From Eledone cirrhosa (lineage: Eukaryota), in assembly GCA_964016885.1 (NCBI GenBank), contig OZ024750.1, forward strand, positions 15,190,001 to 15,254,000: DNA of 64,000 bases. The letters run 5' to 3'. The notes beneath the pieces are model-generated. The model was not told where the DNA came from and ran no database searches. It was given only the letters and a program-made list of their open reading frames with translations. Shown piece by piece: positions 38,808-53,905 of this stretch; within the stretch, counting starts at the first letter, position 1; each line of letters opens with the position of its first letter. Both the position numbers and the translations under genes were made by a program.

Positions 38808-39161
38808 TATATGTGTTCTTTTTCAACGTGTAAAGCTATTTCGAAAGATATCGTATAGAGAGAAATGTATTAAATAATATAGAATTATTTAAACGTTTAT
38901 TCATGTCTGTGGTAGTTTGCTTCCAAAATGCTGTAAATTTCAAGCACTATGAATAAAAGGGGCGTTTATAACGTAGATTATAGACTAAGCACCTATATAC
39001 ACGGAGAGAATGTTCTCATATTAATAGTTTATTATTGTGAATAACATTCACAAGTTTTGAATAATTGTAGATCGCATTTACAAGAAGTTAGTGTGTGTAT
39101 ATTATTTATTTAAATAGATAGGAGAAACATTGTAAACTTAGAAACATGTACAAACTTATAA

Positions 39162-39203
<42 letters not shown>

Positions 39204-39324
39204 ATGTGTGTATGTGTGTGTGCGTGTGCCTGCGAGTACGTGGGTTTGGTTGTGTGTGTGACTGTAAGTGAAAAGTAAATGGATAAACAAAACAGGAAAA
39301 CGATACAGTACATTGAAGATATAA

Positions 39325-39900
39325 AGGCATCTTTAACGACCTGATTGAAACAAAGGGTCATCTTGTTACCCGGCGCCACACCATGCCGCTTTCCCCTGCA
39401 ATATATTATCAACTGAAGTAGAAAATGTGATCTGAACAGTCCCCACTTCATTTCAATGTACCCAGTTTGCTCAGGGAGTTCTTTGAATTTGGATGCAATA
39501 ATTGTTTCTACTTTTGGCACAAGGCTAACAATTACCCCAGTACATTACCAGTACTTTATTTTATTGACCCCCGTAAGGATGAAAGGCAAACTGAACCTCG
39601 CCGGGATTTGGACTCATACTATAAAGAGGCGTAACTCTATGCTGCAAAGCATGGCGTCCGACCTTCTACCGATACTGCCAATCCCCTGCCCTTTGGATGC
39701 AATAATATCTGCATATCTGGTCTTCACTTGCCTATCTACTAGAGCTTCTCACTTTATCCTATAGGTTGAGCTGAACCTTCCAGTTTTGTGGGTTGTTTCA
39801 GTTTGCATGTAATTAGATGGTGATCAGTTGACAGCTCAGTACACCTCTTGATACGGTGGGGTTAAGATAGACCAAAATAGAAATGACCACTACACTAGTA
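39325..39900 (-). mobile_element. RTE (Rex3/Expander-like) LINE fragment: APE C-terminus + linker, split by a SINE
   Basis: KRCTELSTDHHLITCKL (~39800-39852) and IEMKWGLFRS...CRGKRHGVAPGNKMT...VVKDA. The SINE at 39497-39692 has a TTGGATGCAATAAT duplication on both sides. Confidence 0.7.
39497..39692 (-). mobile_element. tRNA-SINE with TSD
   Basis: Full copy with TTGGATGCAATAAT on both sides. Confidence 0.9.
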
Positions 39901-41002
39901 GATGTCGAATTATATTCGTATTAACAAATATCAATATTTGTCCTTTTAACAAACCTTAATTTTGTCAATATGTTTGTTTTCAAAATTTGCTTGACACAGG
40001 GACTCACAAATCTTTAAGGAAATGGTAAAAAAACAAAACATTTCTTTACATTCATTCAATTTATATCATGGACATAGATTAATTTTCCTTAAGGTAGAAT
40101 CGAAACTGGCATTTATTGTAGATACGCCCAGAGCTTTATCCCTTGTATTGCGGACGTTAATAACTCGGTCAATGTTCTTAAATAACCTTAATGTTTAGAC
40201 ATTTAAAACTGTTAAAAATTATTACGAGCCTCAAATTAAAACATTTAGATTATATATTTATTCTATAAACTTTTAATATGCCTTAAAGCTCTTAACAATA
40301 TAAAAAAAACTTATATATTGAATAAATCTTATAACACATATTACACACAATACACACCTTTTCAGTCAGTCTTTTAAAATTTATAAATATATAGATTATA
40401 AAAACGTGAATATTTTATTATAAAGGCATCAAACGTGTATAGCATAAGAACATTTACTGAGAGTGAGAAAAATCATTTAACGAAATATATACATTCAAAA
40501 TTTATTCTCTCTTTTACCTGAAGTCTAATTGAAGTACTGAAGTTTAACATATTGACTATGGTAAATATGTCGATATAATAAAACAATTATAGAATGACTT
40601 AAAATTACTAATTCCTGTGTTTCTCTTGCTATAATCAAGATAGATTTAACACGGTTAATTTAGTGCTCTTGCATTAAGCAACAGGATAACGTAATACATT
40701 TGTAAAGGTATCAATATTAGAGTTTTTAAATTAATTCGATAAAGATCATGGGGTGCTTTCAGCAGCCAAACAATAATGAATTTCTTAAACATTTTAACTT
40801 ATAATGTTTTGCTTTCGAAATGTTAAAATACTATTAAGTATATCTAATAAAATAAAATATTCTAGATGCTGAAACAAACATTATCTAGAAAAGAAAAACT
40901 ATTAATCGTTTAAGTGGGGTTGGAGTATATTTTGTGCTGTAGTATTTTCAATATTAATATCTTGACACGTCAGCCTCGTTAAAGTTAAGTTTAGTTTCCA
41001 CA

Positions 41003-41146
41003 TCGGTGGAGCGTCAGACACTATGCTTTGCAGCATAAAGTTATGGACCTTTACGTTCTGAGTTCAAATCCCGCCGAGGTTAGCTTTGCTTTTCATCCTT
41101 ACGGGGTCGATAAAAAAATACCAGTAATGTACTGGGGTAATTGCTG
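41003..41146 (+). mobile_element. tRNA-SINE, partial
   Basis: Consensus match. Confidence 0.8.
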
Positions 41147-43749
41147 TTACGTACGTAGTGTTATTCATGCAGGGGTTAGAGGCTACTTTTCCAAAGTTGA
41201 TATCGACTAAAGTTAATTTTATATATCAGATATATTACAAAAAACAAAACTACATATAGACCTTTAAACACTAAAAGCAAATGTTCTAGAAATTCCTTTA
41301 GAAAATATCTTATGAATGCCACATTTAATGTTACTTATATAATGATTCTTGTAGTACTATGCTATAAATTTCTGACAGAGATGAATATTTCACAATGGCT
41401 CCAACAATTCGATGTCTCAAGATGATGTTACTTTAAACATAGGCTGCAAATGACACAATATTTTAATGTTTCCATCATAACTTCGCATGAACTTAATATC
41501 TTTGTTATGTAGATGAATTGTTAGGCTTTGTTTGCTGTCATCATATTGAATAATTGCTTCAGCATATTTTTCAAGTCGAACAATACATAAATAAACTTGT
41601 GTCTTAGACTAATAGACTTTCATATAACTAAAGTACAATTATTCAAAAAATAACAATTTCTTGCATCTAAGATACATACTTTGTTTAAACCACGAGTTAT
41701 CTCGTCATTTTCTGAACCTAGCAACTGTTATTAATTCTTCAGCGTATTAATTATTTTTATTTATGCACTCCTGCACTCCGCATACTATAAACCTGTTTGA
41801 AAATGTCACTTTACACAAAGATCAATATCTGATTCGTTAGAAATATTGATGGTAAAATTGATCACTTAAGTAGTTAAATATTCGACAGTTCTATTTCTTA
41901 AGTCAACTTGAGATAAGAAAATCAGTATGTGAATGATCATTTTTAGATGATAAGGAGACGTCTGGAAGATGATAGTATTTCTAGTGCTCTCTCGAAATTT
42001 CACTATATTTAAGGATTCAGTGATCTTTTTATTAATTGTAGTTTAAAGTAAATTGGCATAAGAACATTAAGAACATTAAAGATAATGCAGCTAAACTACA
42101 AAGTATCAATGAGCTACACTTCACTTAAAGACAATTATCTGTGTGCTCCAAAGAAACAATTGAGGAATTAGCTACTTGAACTCCCTAATGCACACACACT
42201 CGCAACAATCACATGTACACTGCACACACGTACAAACAATGCCCACATATATATGTACACATACATACATTCATACATACATACATCCATACATATATAA
42301 TTGCATCCATCCATCCATCCATACATACATACATACATACATACATACATACAATGTTAGTAGACACTTTGAAATATTTGTTGTAGTGTGTGATGAAGAT
42401 ACGTTTGGTTACACCCGCAAGCATTAGAATACATACGCACATACAGTATACCCCTACATAAACACACATACTCTAACATACAAACATTTATATATAAGCG
42501 CGTATGTGAGTGTTCGCGTGTGTGTGTGTATATGTATGCGTGCACAGCGTATTTCTATGACTTTAAATTAAGAAGTAGAATAACATATGTAATTTAGTAA
42601 ATCATAAAACACAGATAAGCCTGGCAACAATACAATAAAATGATTAAAGTAATACTATGTATATTATCATATATATCGAAATGAACTTTAGATACATAGC
42701 TATGCACATATTCAAAACATTAATTTGAATGAAATTTATTATAAAATCTTCATTGACATCTTTTTTTATATATCTTCTTTATTCTTAACAAGAGATTTGA
42801 AACGTTGGAACAGATTTCGATGTAGTTCTGTATAGCGATATATATCTCTTATTTAACACGTTGAAGTCACTTTCTACAGATAAAATTAATCAACTCAAAT
42901 TGACGAATATCTAACAACGACTTGTAAATTACGTAGAAGAGTTAACAAGTTCATTCATTGCAGTTAACTGAAAAATAAAAGAATATAGTAAATTTATATT
43001 TGTATATGAAATTTTAATTTCTTTATCTGTGTAAACTTGTATATGGAACGTTTAATATCCAGTTCATTCGACTACAACAGAGTAGTTATACTTTTAGTTT
43101 TAATTAGAGCTCAGATGCTGTCGTAAATTATTCTATGAATTACTGTGAAGTATATTGTTTAAGTTTTAGTAATGTTACATAGAAAATGCATTTGACTAAG
43201 TGTTATCAACAATATTACAGCGTTCTATTGAGTTAAGTATTCTTATAATGTATCAGACACAGACACAGGAGAAAATGCGTATTCAGAAATGCATATTCAG
43301 AAATGCGTCTGATTTCTCTGTATTTTTATTGGTGTGTTTATAAAGTGATTTACCTATTTAATTTTATTCACGGAGTATTTTAGAGAGAAACGGTTAATGC
43401 ACGTAAGAAATACTTTCAGCTCTGATAAGTCGTAAAGATTTCTTTTATTATTATTGGAGTTGTGTGTAATCACCACATTACTAGTGATGGTTCTATTCAA
43501 AACATATTTATAAATTTGATTTAAGACGTCAATTAATTCATTGACATGGATTCTTTAAGCAATCTAATGTAACATACCGCTGTCATATAATGATTCTCAA
43601 AATGCTTCTTTCTTCACTACACAAAGTCAAAATGTTTTAAGTGGGTAAGTGAGTAAGTGGGAATGGAGTGAATTAGGATTGTAAGAGAAATGAAATTATT
43701 TCAGTCACGTTCTAATCCTGTGCTACAGCGACCATTACTATGGTACATA

Positions 43750-43942
43750 TAATTATTTCTACTTTTGGCACAAGGCCAGCAATTATCCCAGTGTATTACT
43801 GCTACTTTATTTTATCGACCCCGTAAGGATGAAAGGCAAAGTTAACCTCGGCAGGATTTGAACTCAGTTCATAAAGGGCCGTAACTCGATGCTGCAAAGC
43901 ATGGCGTCAGACCCTCTACCGATACTGCCAATCCATCACCCT
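43750..43942 (-). mobile_element. tRNA-SINE
   Basis: Full reverse-complement copy. Confidence 0.9.
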
Positions 43943-44305
43943 CTATATATATGAATAATAATAACTAGGGTGGAAAGCCGGTTGTTCAACCAAAGAGGAT
44001 TGAAGATGCATGCTCTGCATGAAGCTACTCTCCAATTCGACCTGGACATAAAGGCGGAGAAACGTTGAAATCTTTGTAAACCCCTCATAGTAATATATCT
44101 AACAGCGGTAGCATTAATAAAGAAATCTAGTTACAACTGCACATGATAATAACTAATGTTTCAATAAGCTCGCCAATAACGACAACTCTTACTTTCGTTC
44201 GTTACCACTGGATTATCTGACACCTTTTTTTCTTTGACTTATATCTACATGTGAGGCGGGAAAGATATGTATACGTTTGTGTGTTTGTGTGTATGTATGT
44301 GTGTG

Positions 44306-44367
<62 letters not shown>

Positions 44368-44669
44368 CAAGAAAGAAAGTAGACGGGAGAGATATAGAGA
44401 CAACAATAGTTCTAAAAATACTTCAAAAAAATATATTGGTAACATTCTGTCTATGCTTAAACAAATATCTTGAAGTCTTCTCAGATTCTTACATTCTATT
44501 GAGGTTAAATAACTTAGTGCTGTCTTTGAAGGTGGATATACGAATGATAACAGTTCAGCTGTTACATAACGTTCAATATAACAGTATTCTTGTTAACGCT
44601 ATTATGTAGAGTAAAGGTTTTCAAAGTAAGCGATATCACCCACCGGTTTGGAGGAAGGCTTGACAGGTC

Positions 44670-44810
44670 CAGGGGTTGCTGGATCCTAAGGGGGGCGGTA
44701 GAGATGATATAATGGTATATTAAATATCAAATGATACATATTATATATAAATATAGTAAAATAAATATATATAATATTTATTTATACATAGTATACATTA
44801 TATTATTTTA
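44670..44810 (-). mobile_element. Partial inverted copy of the hAT MITE interior
   Basis: AGAGATGATATAATGGTATATTAAATATCAAATGATACATA matches the reverse complement of ~48580-48625. Confidence 0.6.
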
Positions 44811-44822
44811 TATAAATTAACA

Positions 44823-45423
44823 GGGCGGTGGATTGGCAGTATCGGTAGAAGGTCGGCTGCTATGCTTTGCAGCATGGAGTTACGAACCTTTACGGTCTGA
44901 GTTCAAATCCCGCCGAGGTTAACTTTGCCTTTCATCTTTATGGGGTCGATAAAATAAAGTACCAGTAATGCACTGGAATAATTGCAGGCCTTGTGCCTAA
45001 AGTAGAAAGATTTATATTATCATATATAAATTAACAGGGCGGTGGATTGGTAGTATCGGTAGAGGGCCGGACGCCATGCTTTGCAGCATGGAGTTACGGC
45101 CCTTTACAGTGTCGATAAAATAAAGAACCAGTCAAGCACTGGGGTCGATGTAATCAACTTTCCCCTCCCCCAAAATTGCTGGCCTTCTGCCTATATAAGA
45201 AACTATTATTTGCGTTATATTGATAACGGTGGATTGGTAGTATCGGTAAGAACGTCGGACAACATGCTTTGTGGCATAGAGTTATGGCCCTTTACGTTCT
45301 GAGTTTAAATCCTGCCGAGATTATCTTGGCTTTTCATCCTCACGGGGTCGATAAATAAAGCACCAGTAATGCACTGGAGTCGATTTAATCCGTTGGCCGT
45401 GTACCTAAATCAGAAACTATTAT
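44823..45423 (+). mobile_element. tRNA-SINE triple cluster
   Basis: Copies at ~44823-45010, 45036-45210 and 45227-45423; TATAAATTAACA precedes copies 1 and 2, ATTATTTRCGTTATATT follows copies 2 and 3. Confidence 0.9.
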
Positions 45424-46500
45424 TTACGTTATATTACCTCCAACTTACGAATCCAAAACCAACTTATTCTAAGTGACATTATTAATCAAATCACGCGTCA
45501 ATAGTCTATAAACTTCAATTATAGTGATTAACCTTGGTAAATTAGTGTCATCAGAATGACAGAACTCCTCATTTAATTTCAATTAAAATTCCCAGGCTAA
45601 GTGATCATGTATGATGAATATATTAATGAAAACCAAGTAATTAGCTACTGATGTATAATGTATATCGTTATATTACATAATTGTACAGTTTACATGAAAG
45701 AAAGCAAATTTACTATATTGTTAGGGCAAGTATGTCAAAAGTCATACTGATACTATTTATGAAACAGCCTGTTACTGTTAAATCTATTAATATAGAACCG
45801 CCTATGATAAGAATGGCAGTTTGATGAGGCAAAATAACAACAGAGAATCTTTAGTAATCTAACAAATACTTTCACAACATAGTAGCAATATGGCGATCTT
45901 GACGAAAACATTTTATTCAATATAATACAATTATCCTGACGGTGTCTTGCAATTGTTGTAGTTCTATATAGAAAATTTATTTTATAACAGTAAAAAATAC
46001 TTACTGATTGAGTAAGATCACAAAAAATAGCTATATAGTTTATTCAGCAGTTCTGTTTTGTCAGTTCTTTGTCTGACTTGTCATTATCATTGTTGATGTT
46101 GTTGATCTTATTGATGTTGTCGATGTTATTGTTGTTATTAATGTTGATGTTGAATATTTTAGTGGGAGTGGTGACAGTCAGCTGTACACGATTTATAGTT
46201 TCTAAGTAGAAGTTGACTGCGGTCGACATCCACTTTAGACATGTCATAAATTATATGGGATATATAGACATATATTTTGATGGAGGACACTTTAATACTC
46301 GCATTGGTTTGCTTAAATTTGTATGAAGTATTATAATACAGCTTGTCACATCTCATAATATTGGCAAAAATTTGATCGGAGTGCTTACGGATCAAAAGTT
46401 ACAGTAAAGGAATATTTCACATCGGTACACAGTACACAGCATTCATGTATTCTCTATTCCACAGTACTCAACTATTATATGACAACATTTTTCATTACCA

Positions 46501-46685
46501 GTGGATTGGCAGTATCAGTAGAGGGTCGGACGCCATGCTTTCCAGCATAGTTACGTCCCTTTACGATCTGAGTTCAAATCCCGCCGAGGTTGACTTTGCC
46601 TTTCATCCTTACGGGATCGATAAAATAAAGTACCAGTAATGCACTGGGTAATTGCTGGCCTTGTGCAAAAAGTAGAAACAATTAT
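46501..46685 (+). mobile_element. tRNA-SINE
   Basis: Consensus match with CATTACCA / CATTACCA flanks. Confidence 0.9.
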
Positions 46686-46981
46686 ACATTACCACTACAC
46701 AGCCCATTGTTTTACGAACAGAATACATGATATTCTATTTTATTATATTTCTTCACGGAAATGTAAACATGCTATGTTTGTGGACTATTTTAATCACACA
46801 TACACACACATATATATACACATGTATGTATATATATATATTATAAGATCAGATTAAAGTTTAAGCAAAGAATCGTTGCTTTCACACTTAACGGGATCTT
46901 CTGAAACTAAATCCTTATCGAGCCCTCTTCGGATTTTAGTCTTCACATTTATTATTACTATTATTATTACTATATATATAT

Positions 46982-47070
<89 letters not shown>

Positions 47071-48376
47071 ATATATATATATACAATAATCTAGAATAGA
47101 TATAACTGCTTCTCCTAAAAAGTCTCAAACTTTCTTGAATGGACCTTGGAGCTTATACTGTTTAATGTGTAGCAATGTTCACATATCATTCAAAATACTT
47201 AACCTAAGTATAGAGGGCTGGATTTATCTTGGCATTGAAATTGCATCGCTATCACAAGTTGAAAATTTACTTCTTGCTTCATGGCACTAACCATAATCTA
47301 AGGGAAATATTACTCCCCTACTAACCTATCTGCTATGTGAATTTTGACATTTTTATCTAAAGAATTTTAGGAAATTATTTCTATTGCAGTATATTTATTT
47401 GTTGTTAAATAAAAGCGATGCTAATTCTGAAAGAATTTGTGTATATAGACTAACACAATATTCTATGCCTGAGAGAAATAATCATAGAACTCTTTCTTTG
47501 AATTATAGTTGACGTTATTATTCTATTTTGGCTATTTGCCATCTATAAATGTCAACGTGGAATAAAAGATATGGAGGGGAAAAAATCATATATTTTTCAA
47601 CAAGATTTCACCGACATTTAGATAATAAAATCGAATTATTTCATTTATTTGTAGGGGCCGCAATTATTATGCGGGGAGTCACAGAATCATGACAATATCA
47701 GAATGTAGAACAAATTGCCTTGCGGTATTTTTTCTGGCCTTTAATTTACTACTTTCAAATTTCATCGAGGTCAACTCCGCTGTTTATCCTTATAAAATAA
47801 AATAATGTACCAGTCAATTACTGGGATCGATTTATGCCAACATAATAGCAAGAATGAAGTGTTCATTCTACTGACATGGCTATAAAATTGAGGCTTGTTT
47901 GCATAATTGCAAACGAATCGAATGTTATTATTAATATTCGAAAAACTCAGATTACATAGATTTAATAAATTATTTCCCTTCCTCAGTTGCTGGCTTTGTG
48001 CCTAAATTAAAAACAAATTATATTTTTATCTTCGAATATCTCATGGACTGGTAGTAGGAATGAAATCCACATTTAATACTTGTTAGACATACGATCCGAA
48101 GACTGAAGAAAGAAAGACGGAAATAAATCTGTGAAGTAAAGATTGTCTGCTGTTTCTGTCAAATACGTTTCTATCATCAAATTATCGATACGTTGCTGGT
48201 CAGAAGATATTGGCTTGTATTTTACGAGTCATATATTTAGATACACGTATTTTCTTCATGGATTATAATGACATCATTGCTGTTCTACAGTTAAGCCGAG
48301 CGAATACTGCATGTGACATATATGTAAGTTGCAAGTATTTTATGATCTGAATAAAGTTAAATAAATTCAACTAAAT

Positions 48377-48721
48377 CAGAGGGTCTCAAACTTTTTGGGC
48401 TACCACCCTCACTCACAGCCACGTAATACCCTCCACGCCCAGCCCTATTTCCAGAAAGACCTACCTACACGCAAATTGTAAATATATAATAAATAAAATC
48501 GTTAATTTATATATAATAAATAACATAATATATACTATGTATAAATAGATATATTTTATTATTTTACCATATTTATATATATATGTATCATTTCATATTT
48601 AATATACTATTATATCATCTCTGCAGACCCCCATCCCCACCACAGTCCCTTGACGCCCCAGTGCCCCCCAGGACCTTCTCAATGCCCCTGAGGGCAGTAG
48701 TACTGACTTTGAGAACCTCTG
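48377..48721. mobile_element. hAT (Charlie-like) MITE
   Basis: TIRs CAGAGGGTCTCAAA / TTTGAGAACCTCTG; 8-bp TSD AACTAAAT / AACTAGAT. Confidence 0.8.
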
Positions 48722-49737
48722 AACTAGATAATGCAATAGTCACTCGATCTGGTCTTGTCGAGAGTTTATATCGTGTCATACAGCATTTACAGTAATGGTA
48801 GTATTTCATATTTTATTAACTCTAGAGTTAAACTATGACCATGTTGTTAGCTCTTCTATTAATATACGCAAATTCGTTGCTAGCGTTGGGAAACATAAAA
48901 TATATTGATAAAATATACGGTGAGGTATAGTATAACATTTCTAGTTTAAGTTTCATTTCACCTTTTTTTTTTAGTAAATTTTTAAGCATATAATGGGCAT
49001 TATCTTATTGTTATCTGAGCTCAAATCTTATTGAAGTCCATATTAGATTTTAATCCAATTTAGCCTAACGTCATAACGTAAAACCCAGCAAAAAAGCTTG
49101 TCACTTCATTTCACTATACTGTTTATGTATGAACACTGTGACTAAATATAATAGATGTATCGATAATACAATATATACCAAACCTCATCGTATGCTGGTT
49201 TCTAGTTTTGGTTGGTGATATTTCTTTATATTTACATTAGTGATGACCTTTTAAGAGATATTAGAGTCTCGGGATCTTGTTATTTGTTGAAGCACTTTCA
49301 CTTAATTAGGGACACCTATGACTAACGCAATTCAAACTTCCATAACCCTAAGAAGTAGGTAGAACATCGGATAGAATACTTCGCTGTACTTGTTCCAGTT
49401 CTCTACACACTGCGATCGAATTCCACCGAGGTCAACTTTGTTTTTCAGTTTTCGAGGTCGATAAATAAAGTACCAGTCAAGTACTGGAGACGATTCTCCT
49501 CTATATCTCTTTTCCTCTTTCTTTCACCCTCAATCTTTCTCACTACCTTTTTCTGGTAGACATCGGCTGTGTTTAGAACTGGATAGAGTATAGACTACCC
49601 CTCATTTCATCAGAAGAGAATTAAAAGAAGAAATAGGAAGATTGAGGAGAGTGAACACGGAAAGAAACGGAAAACAAATTTTGGAGAAAAATGAGCAGCA
49701 ATCGTAAAGAAGGCTGAGAATATAAAAAGGAGTAAAT

Positions 49738-49928
49738 TAATTGTTTCTACTTTTGGCACAAGGCCAGCAATTACTCAGTACATTACTGGTACTTTATTTT
49801 ATCGACCCCGTAAGGATGAAAGGCAAAGTTAACCTCGGCGGGATTTGAACTCAGAATGACAAGGGCCGTAACTCTATGCGTCAAAGCATAGCGTCCGACC
49901 CTCTACCGATACTGCCAATTCACCGCCC
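49738..49928 (-). mobile_element. tRNA-SINE
   Basis: Full reverse-complement copy, followed by the 3' stub of another. Confidence 0.9.
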
Positions 49929-50268
49929 TAATAACGTAAATAATGGTTTCTTATATAAGCACAAGGCCAGCAGTTTTGGTCGTGCAAGGTTTGGGTAGTT
50001 ACTAACTTAAAATGCTCATATATTAGTGGTCCGTTTGACTATTTCTTCTCTTCTTTGTCCCCCTTTCCTTCTGATCTTATTTTGTTTACAACATCTCATC
50101 TTTCTGGCGAAAGAACTTTGGCAAACTAACTAATAGCTATTAATAAAGATGAAGTGAAAATCAAATGGTGCGTGTATTTTTATTGGCAATATTGGCAACA
50201 TGACCATCCCAAAATATAACAATATCTGTTTCAACACACGATTTCACATAGATAATCTTTCAAAACAA

Positions 50269-50360
<92 letters not shown>

Positions 50361-50794
50361 TTAATGGAGAGTGTCTGGTTGATATTTCTTTTGTTCGTTT
50401 GCGTGTCTGGATAAATATCTGTCTGTTTGTGTGCATTCACATATAAATAATGTATTAATGCTGACTGCTCTCTTTATTACCTCTATGATTTCTACATGGA
50501 TAAATCTATTGATCTTTGATCAGCACATTTAGGGATTTAAGGGTCACACAATTTCCCTTTTCACATTGTATGATACAGTCATTATTTCCTTTCAATTTGT
50601 TTAAACATTTTATATCCCGTGATAGTTGTGTGATGTCTGCAATAGCAAATGATGACATATTGTAATTAGTTTTATATCTGGCCAAGGGTTTAAAAACTCA
50701 ACGTTCCAGTTCATGTAGCGTCACCCAGGTTAACACGAAGATCAATGACTCACTGCTGTAAGTAGAATTGCATAAATGCCAACTATTTTGTTGG

Positions 50795-51192
50795 CTTCTA
50801 GTACTGACCAACGTTTACTGGTGCTTTATTTATTGACTCCGTAAGGATGAAAGGCAAAGCTAAACTCTGTTGGATTTGAATTAAGAACGTAAAGGGCCAT
50901 AACTCTGTGCTGCAAAGCATGGTGTTCGATGCTTTACCAATACTTCCAATCCACCGCCTCCGGAAGTATTAAGTTAATGGTTGCTTATATAGGCACAAGG
51001 CCAGCAATTTTGGAGGAGGGGAAAATCGATTAAATCGACCCAGTACGTGACTGGTACTATATTTTATTGACCCCGTAAGGATGAAAGGCAAAGTTAACCT
51101 CAGCGGGATTTGAACTCAGAACGTAAAGGGCCGTAACTTTATGCTGCAAAGCATGGTCTCTGACGCTTTACCAATACTGCCAATTCACTGCT
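50795..51192 (-). mobile_element. tRNA-SINE pair
   Basis: CGGAAGTAYTAARTTAATGG follows both copies. Confidence 0.85.
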
Positions 51193-52890
51193 CTCGGAAG
51201 TACTAAATTAATGGCATGAATTACAATAATGAAAATTAACGATTCAAATTACTCAATGATGACATAACAAATATGTCATATATACGGTCCTTCGTGTGCA
51301 GGAGTATATAGCTTTGCAGGCGAGTTGTTGCTTTGCTTGTTGCCAAATAATATGGATACGCACATACATACATACATACACACATACATACACACATACA
51401 TACATACCCACATACATACATACGTACATACCCACTTACATACATACTCACTTACATACATACGTACATACACACTTACATACCCACTTACATACATGCA
51501 TACCCACTTACATACATACATATATACGTACATACATGCATGCATGCATACATACATACACACATGCATGCATACATACATACATACATACATATAGATA
51601 TTCCCATGCACACACACACACGCACGTATATTTATTGCTTTTATACGTTTCTTATTTAATGGAAATATTGTTATTTCTTTTTTCAAAATAATTTCTGCTT
51701 TAGTAGAATCTATTCGAGTAGAAGCAGCCTCATATACATACTGATTTCTTACATCAAGTAAGAAATATAAGAGTTATACCGCTAGGTAAGGAATATGCTA
51801 GTCTATTATATAAATGCTCCTGTTCTAAAGCAAAACAATCTGTTTAAGACACTATAGTTTTACCCATTTGTCTACGTATATGTTCAACTCTTGTGATAGT
51901 TTAACGAGGTGAACGTCCATTAGACGTTGTCGAAGAAATAAAGAGTACTTAATTCAGTTGGAAGATACCAATAATAAAAGTAAATAAAGCAAATATATTC
52001 ACGACATCCATCAAATAATCGAGCGTATAGATTTGCTTTTAACGCCGTTTTGGGAAAGAAAGACAGCTTCATTTTGTTTGGAATAGATTTGTGTAGCCAT
52101 CAAAGGAGTCGTCTAGTTAATGCAATAAGCCACTAGCTGTCCAATCAAAATGACTTACAGCTGAACTACTAATAAAAATAACGTTCTCTTATTTTCATTT
52201 GTTCTTTTCTTTCAATTTTGTTATTCCGTTGTTGTCGTGTTTGTAACTCTTAGAACCAACCAGGAAAATCATTAAAAGCCAAAACATATTATTTTTATAT
52301 ACTTCACACGTTTAAAACATGGTTCCCTGAACTATATCCTAGTTGAGTGCTAAGCAGGTATCTCAATGCGATTTCCCATTTATCTCTCGGGAGAAGTATT
52401 TGTTTAGCATTTTTTGTTTGTTTTCATTTCTTAAGATATTTTTTTGTTTGTTTGAGGGAGGAGATGTCAATTTTCTTTGTTTGGTGTTCTTTAACGTTTA
52501 TGAAGGAAAAGCCGATAATAGGAAGAGAGTCAGCAATATAATTTGGACTACTATAAAATATTCAAATAGTAAAATGAATTTTGATGAGCATAAATGTTGC
52601 CATGAATATGTTTCTAAAGACTGTGTAAACACTTACAAAACTACTTTAAGCCTAGACACATATTCCCATAAATACCCAAATTGACGCCTAATGCACTATA
52701 TATATATATATTTATATATATATATATTGTTATACTTTGGGAGGGCCATGTTGCCAATAAAAACACACGCACCTGTTGGTTTTCAATTCAATTTATTATA
52801 AATTTCCGGTTGGTTGGTTGGTTCAAAAAAGCTTCGATAATATATAAACAACCCTCCGGTTATCAAACCAACGACACCAACAGCGAGCAG

Positions 52891-52932
52891 AATCTGGATA
52901 AGGAGCAAAACACTCCGAAACAATTGTCGATT
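52891..52932 (+). ncRNA. Degenerate hammerhead motif, U3-A8 variant
   Basis: AATC-TGGATAA-GGAG CAAAACA CTCC-GAAA-CAATTG-TC|GATT; U4G change. Confidence 0.5.
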
Positions 52933-53659
52933 GTTTTCTCTCAGCACCAATGTTCTAACAATGCAGAGCAGTATAACGTCATAAGACAGTTGGAACATTG
53001 ATGCATATTTAGTTTTCATAACAACTGCATCAACCAATTAAATTCCTACGGAAATTTCAGCTAATCATACAGTATATCATTAAAATATTATGAAGAATTC
53101 TTTAACATTTGCCGATTACAGTAATAATATAAACTAATTAATGTGTCATGGAGTGATGTTTCAAACATTTTGAAAGTATTCACTTCAAAATAAATTTATT
53201 GAGATCTTCATTGTACTTATATATGAGACCTTCATTATTAAGATATTTAAACAAAGAACTTCAGAATATAATACAAAAAAACTGAATATTATGTATGTTT
53301 ATATCAATAGGTTTAATAAAGCTTCCTATTGATTACTTGCTTTTCAAACAGTGAGGAGATTCTTTAACCCCATTATGTACGTCGTTCTAAGTGTTCATTT
53401 GTCTCCTAGATATTCATAGATTTATCTCCTAGATATTCATAACGTCTGCTGTATTCAGATGTAGTAGTTCTTAATTTTGACAATATTCTCATGAATAACA
53501 ATAAGTCTATTGTGTTCGTTCATTATATATCACCATGTCTTTTGGTATTGACAGATGTTTGATCATTTCCGTACAATAATATATTAATCACTGGGTTAAG
53601 ATTTTTTATAATGCTTCCCATGGACGTAGATTGGAGTTCAATCTGACACAAAAAGACTA

Positions 53660-53905
53660 AAGTCTGTCACGAGCCCGGAGACTCATCAGGCCGGAGCTTA
53701 TCCTGGTTTCCGTGGCCTGAAGCGACAGATAATACAAGACTCTCCTTGGACAGGACGCCAGTCCTCAAAGGTTTACCCCCCCCCCCCCCAGCTATCACTG
53801 GTACTCATTTCCAGCTGAATCTACTGGAGCAACGTGAAATGAAGTGTTTTGCTCAAGAACACAACACAGTCCAGGAATTGAGCCTATGATATTACCACTA
53901 AGCAA
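53660..53905 (-). mobile_element. Second SINE family copy
   Basis: Colinear with 35925-36188. Confidence 0.8.

Noticed and set aside
46855-46950. Short repeat shared with 56538-56602, with minus-strand AGAAGATCCC...GAAAGC
   Set aside because: The repeat is real, but I could not build a convincing ribozyme fold or classify it.
52681-53037. ORFs of 106 and 84 aa
   Set aside because: No recognisable domain; they overlap a probable PLE terminal remnant.
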